This document shows positions 20,572 through 20,792 of a DNA stretch of 20,792 nucleotides, piece after piece. The DNA comes from Octopus sinensis (Eukaryota): contig NW_021823923.1 of NCBI RefSeq assembly GCF_006345805.1, positions 1 to 20,792 on the forward strand, given 5' to 3'. The notes under the pieces are model-generated. The model was not told the origin of the DNA. It did no database searches and saw only the letters and a list, made by a program, of their open reading frames with translations. The stretch's first letter is position 1. The number at the start of each line of letters is the position of its first letter. Made by a program: the position numbers and the translations under genes.

Positions 20572-20792
20572 ATAACAGGAGCATTGGGTATGATAAAAAA
20601 ATACATTCAGACAAATACTTAGCAAAAACACCAGGACTAACAAGTATATATAACATACAGAAAATAGCACTACTAGGCACCGCACACATCCTACGCAAAA
20701 CATTCTCAATACAGTAACCATAAGAGCATCACAACAAACAACAGCACATACCTAAGGCACACAGAGCTGCGCTCGATAGTGAAATGAAAGCA
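20572..20792 (+). mobile_element. R4/Dong-type (restriction-like endonuclease) non-LTR retrotransposon 3' end
   Basis: ITGALGMIKK/(frameshift)SDKYLAKTPGLTSIYNIQKIALLGTAHILRKTFSIQ* (stop ends 20717). 'GALG...QK.ALLGTAHILRK' is the typical R4/Dong C-terminus; the putative 3' UTR runs off the window. Confidence 0.8.

Overview
AT-rich, microsatellite-laden eukaryotic DNA. The repeat families resemble those of octopus/cephalopod genomes (recognised from memory, not searched), and the window is probably intronic. There is no intact long gene; almost all listed ORFs are translations of simple repeats or SINEs. Recognisable content: seven young copies of one tRNA-derived SINE (all on +), older SINEs of other families, two CR1-type LINE 3' coding fragments, an R4/Dong-type LINE 3' end, a decayed mariner transposase and a probable RTE-type 5' UTR. 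The main hidden signal is two distinct families of minimal type I hammerhead ribozymes on the minus strand. One is a head-to-tail ~327-bp dimer (13091-13749, retrozyme/Penelope pLTR-like); the other lies in a nested inverted-repeat cassette (7733-8522). Both have self-complementary stem III regions suggesting dimeric activity. Three small splice-site-bounded segments on the minus strand (20, 27 and 42 nt) may be exons of a host gene, which would place the ribozymes in sense within its pre-mRNA.
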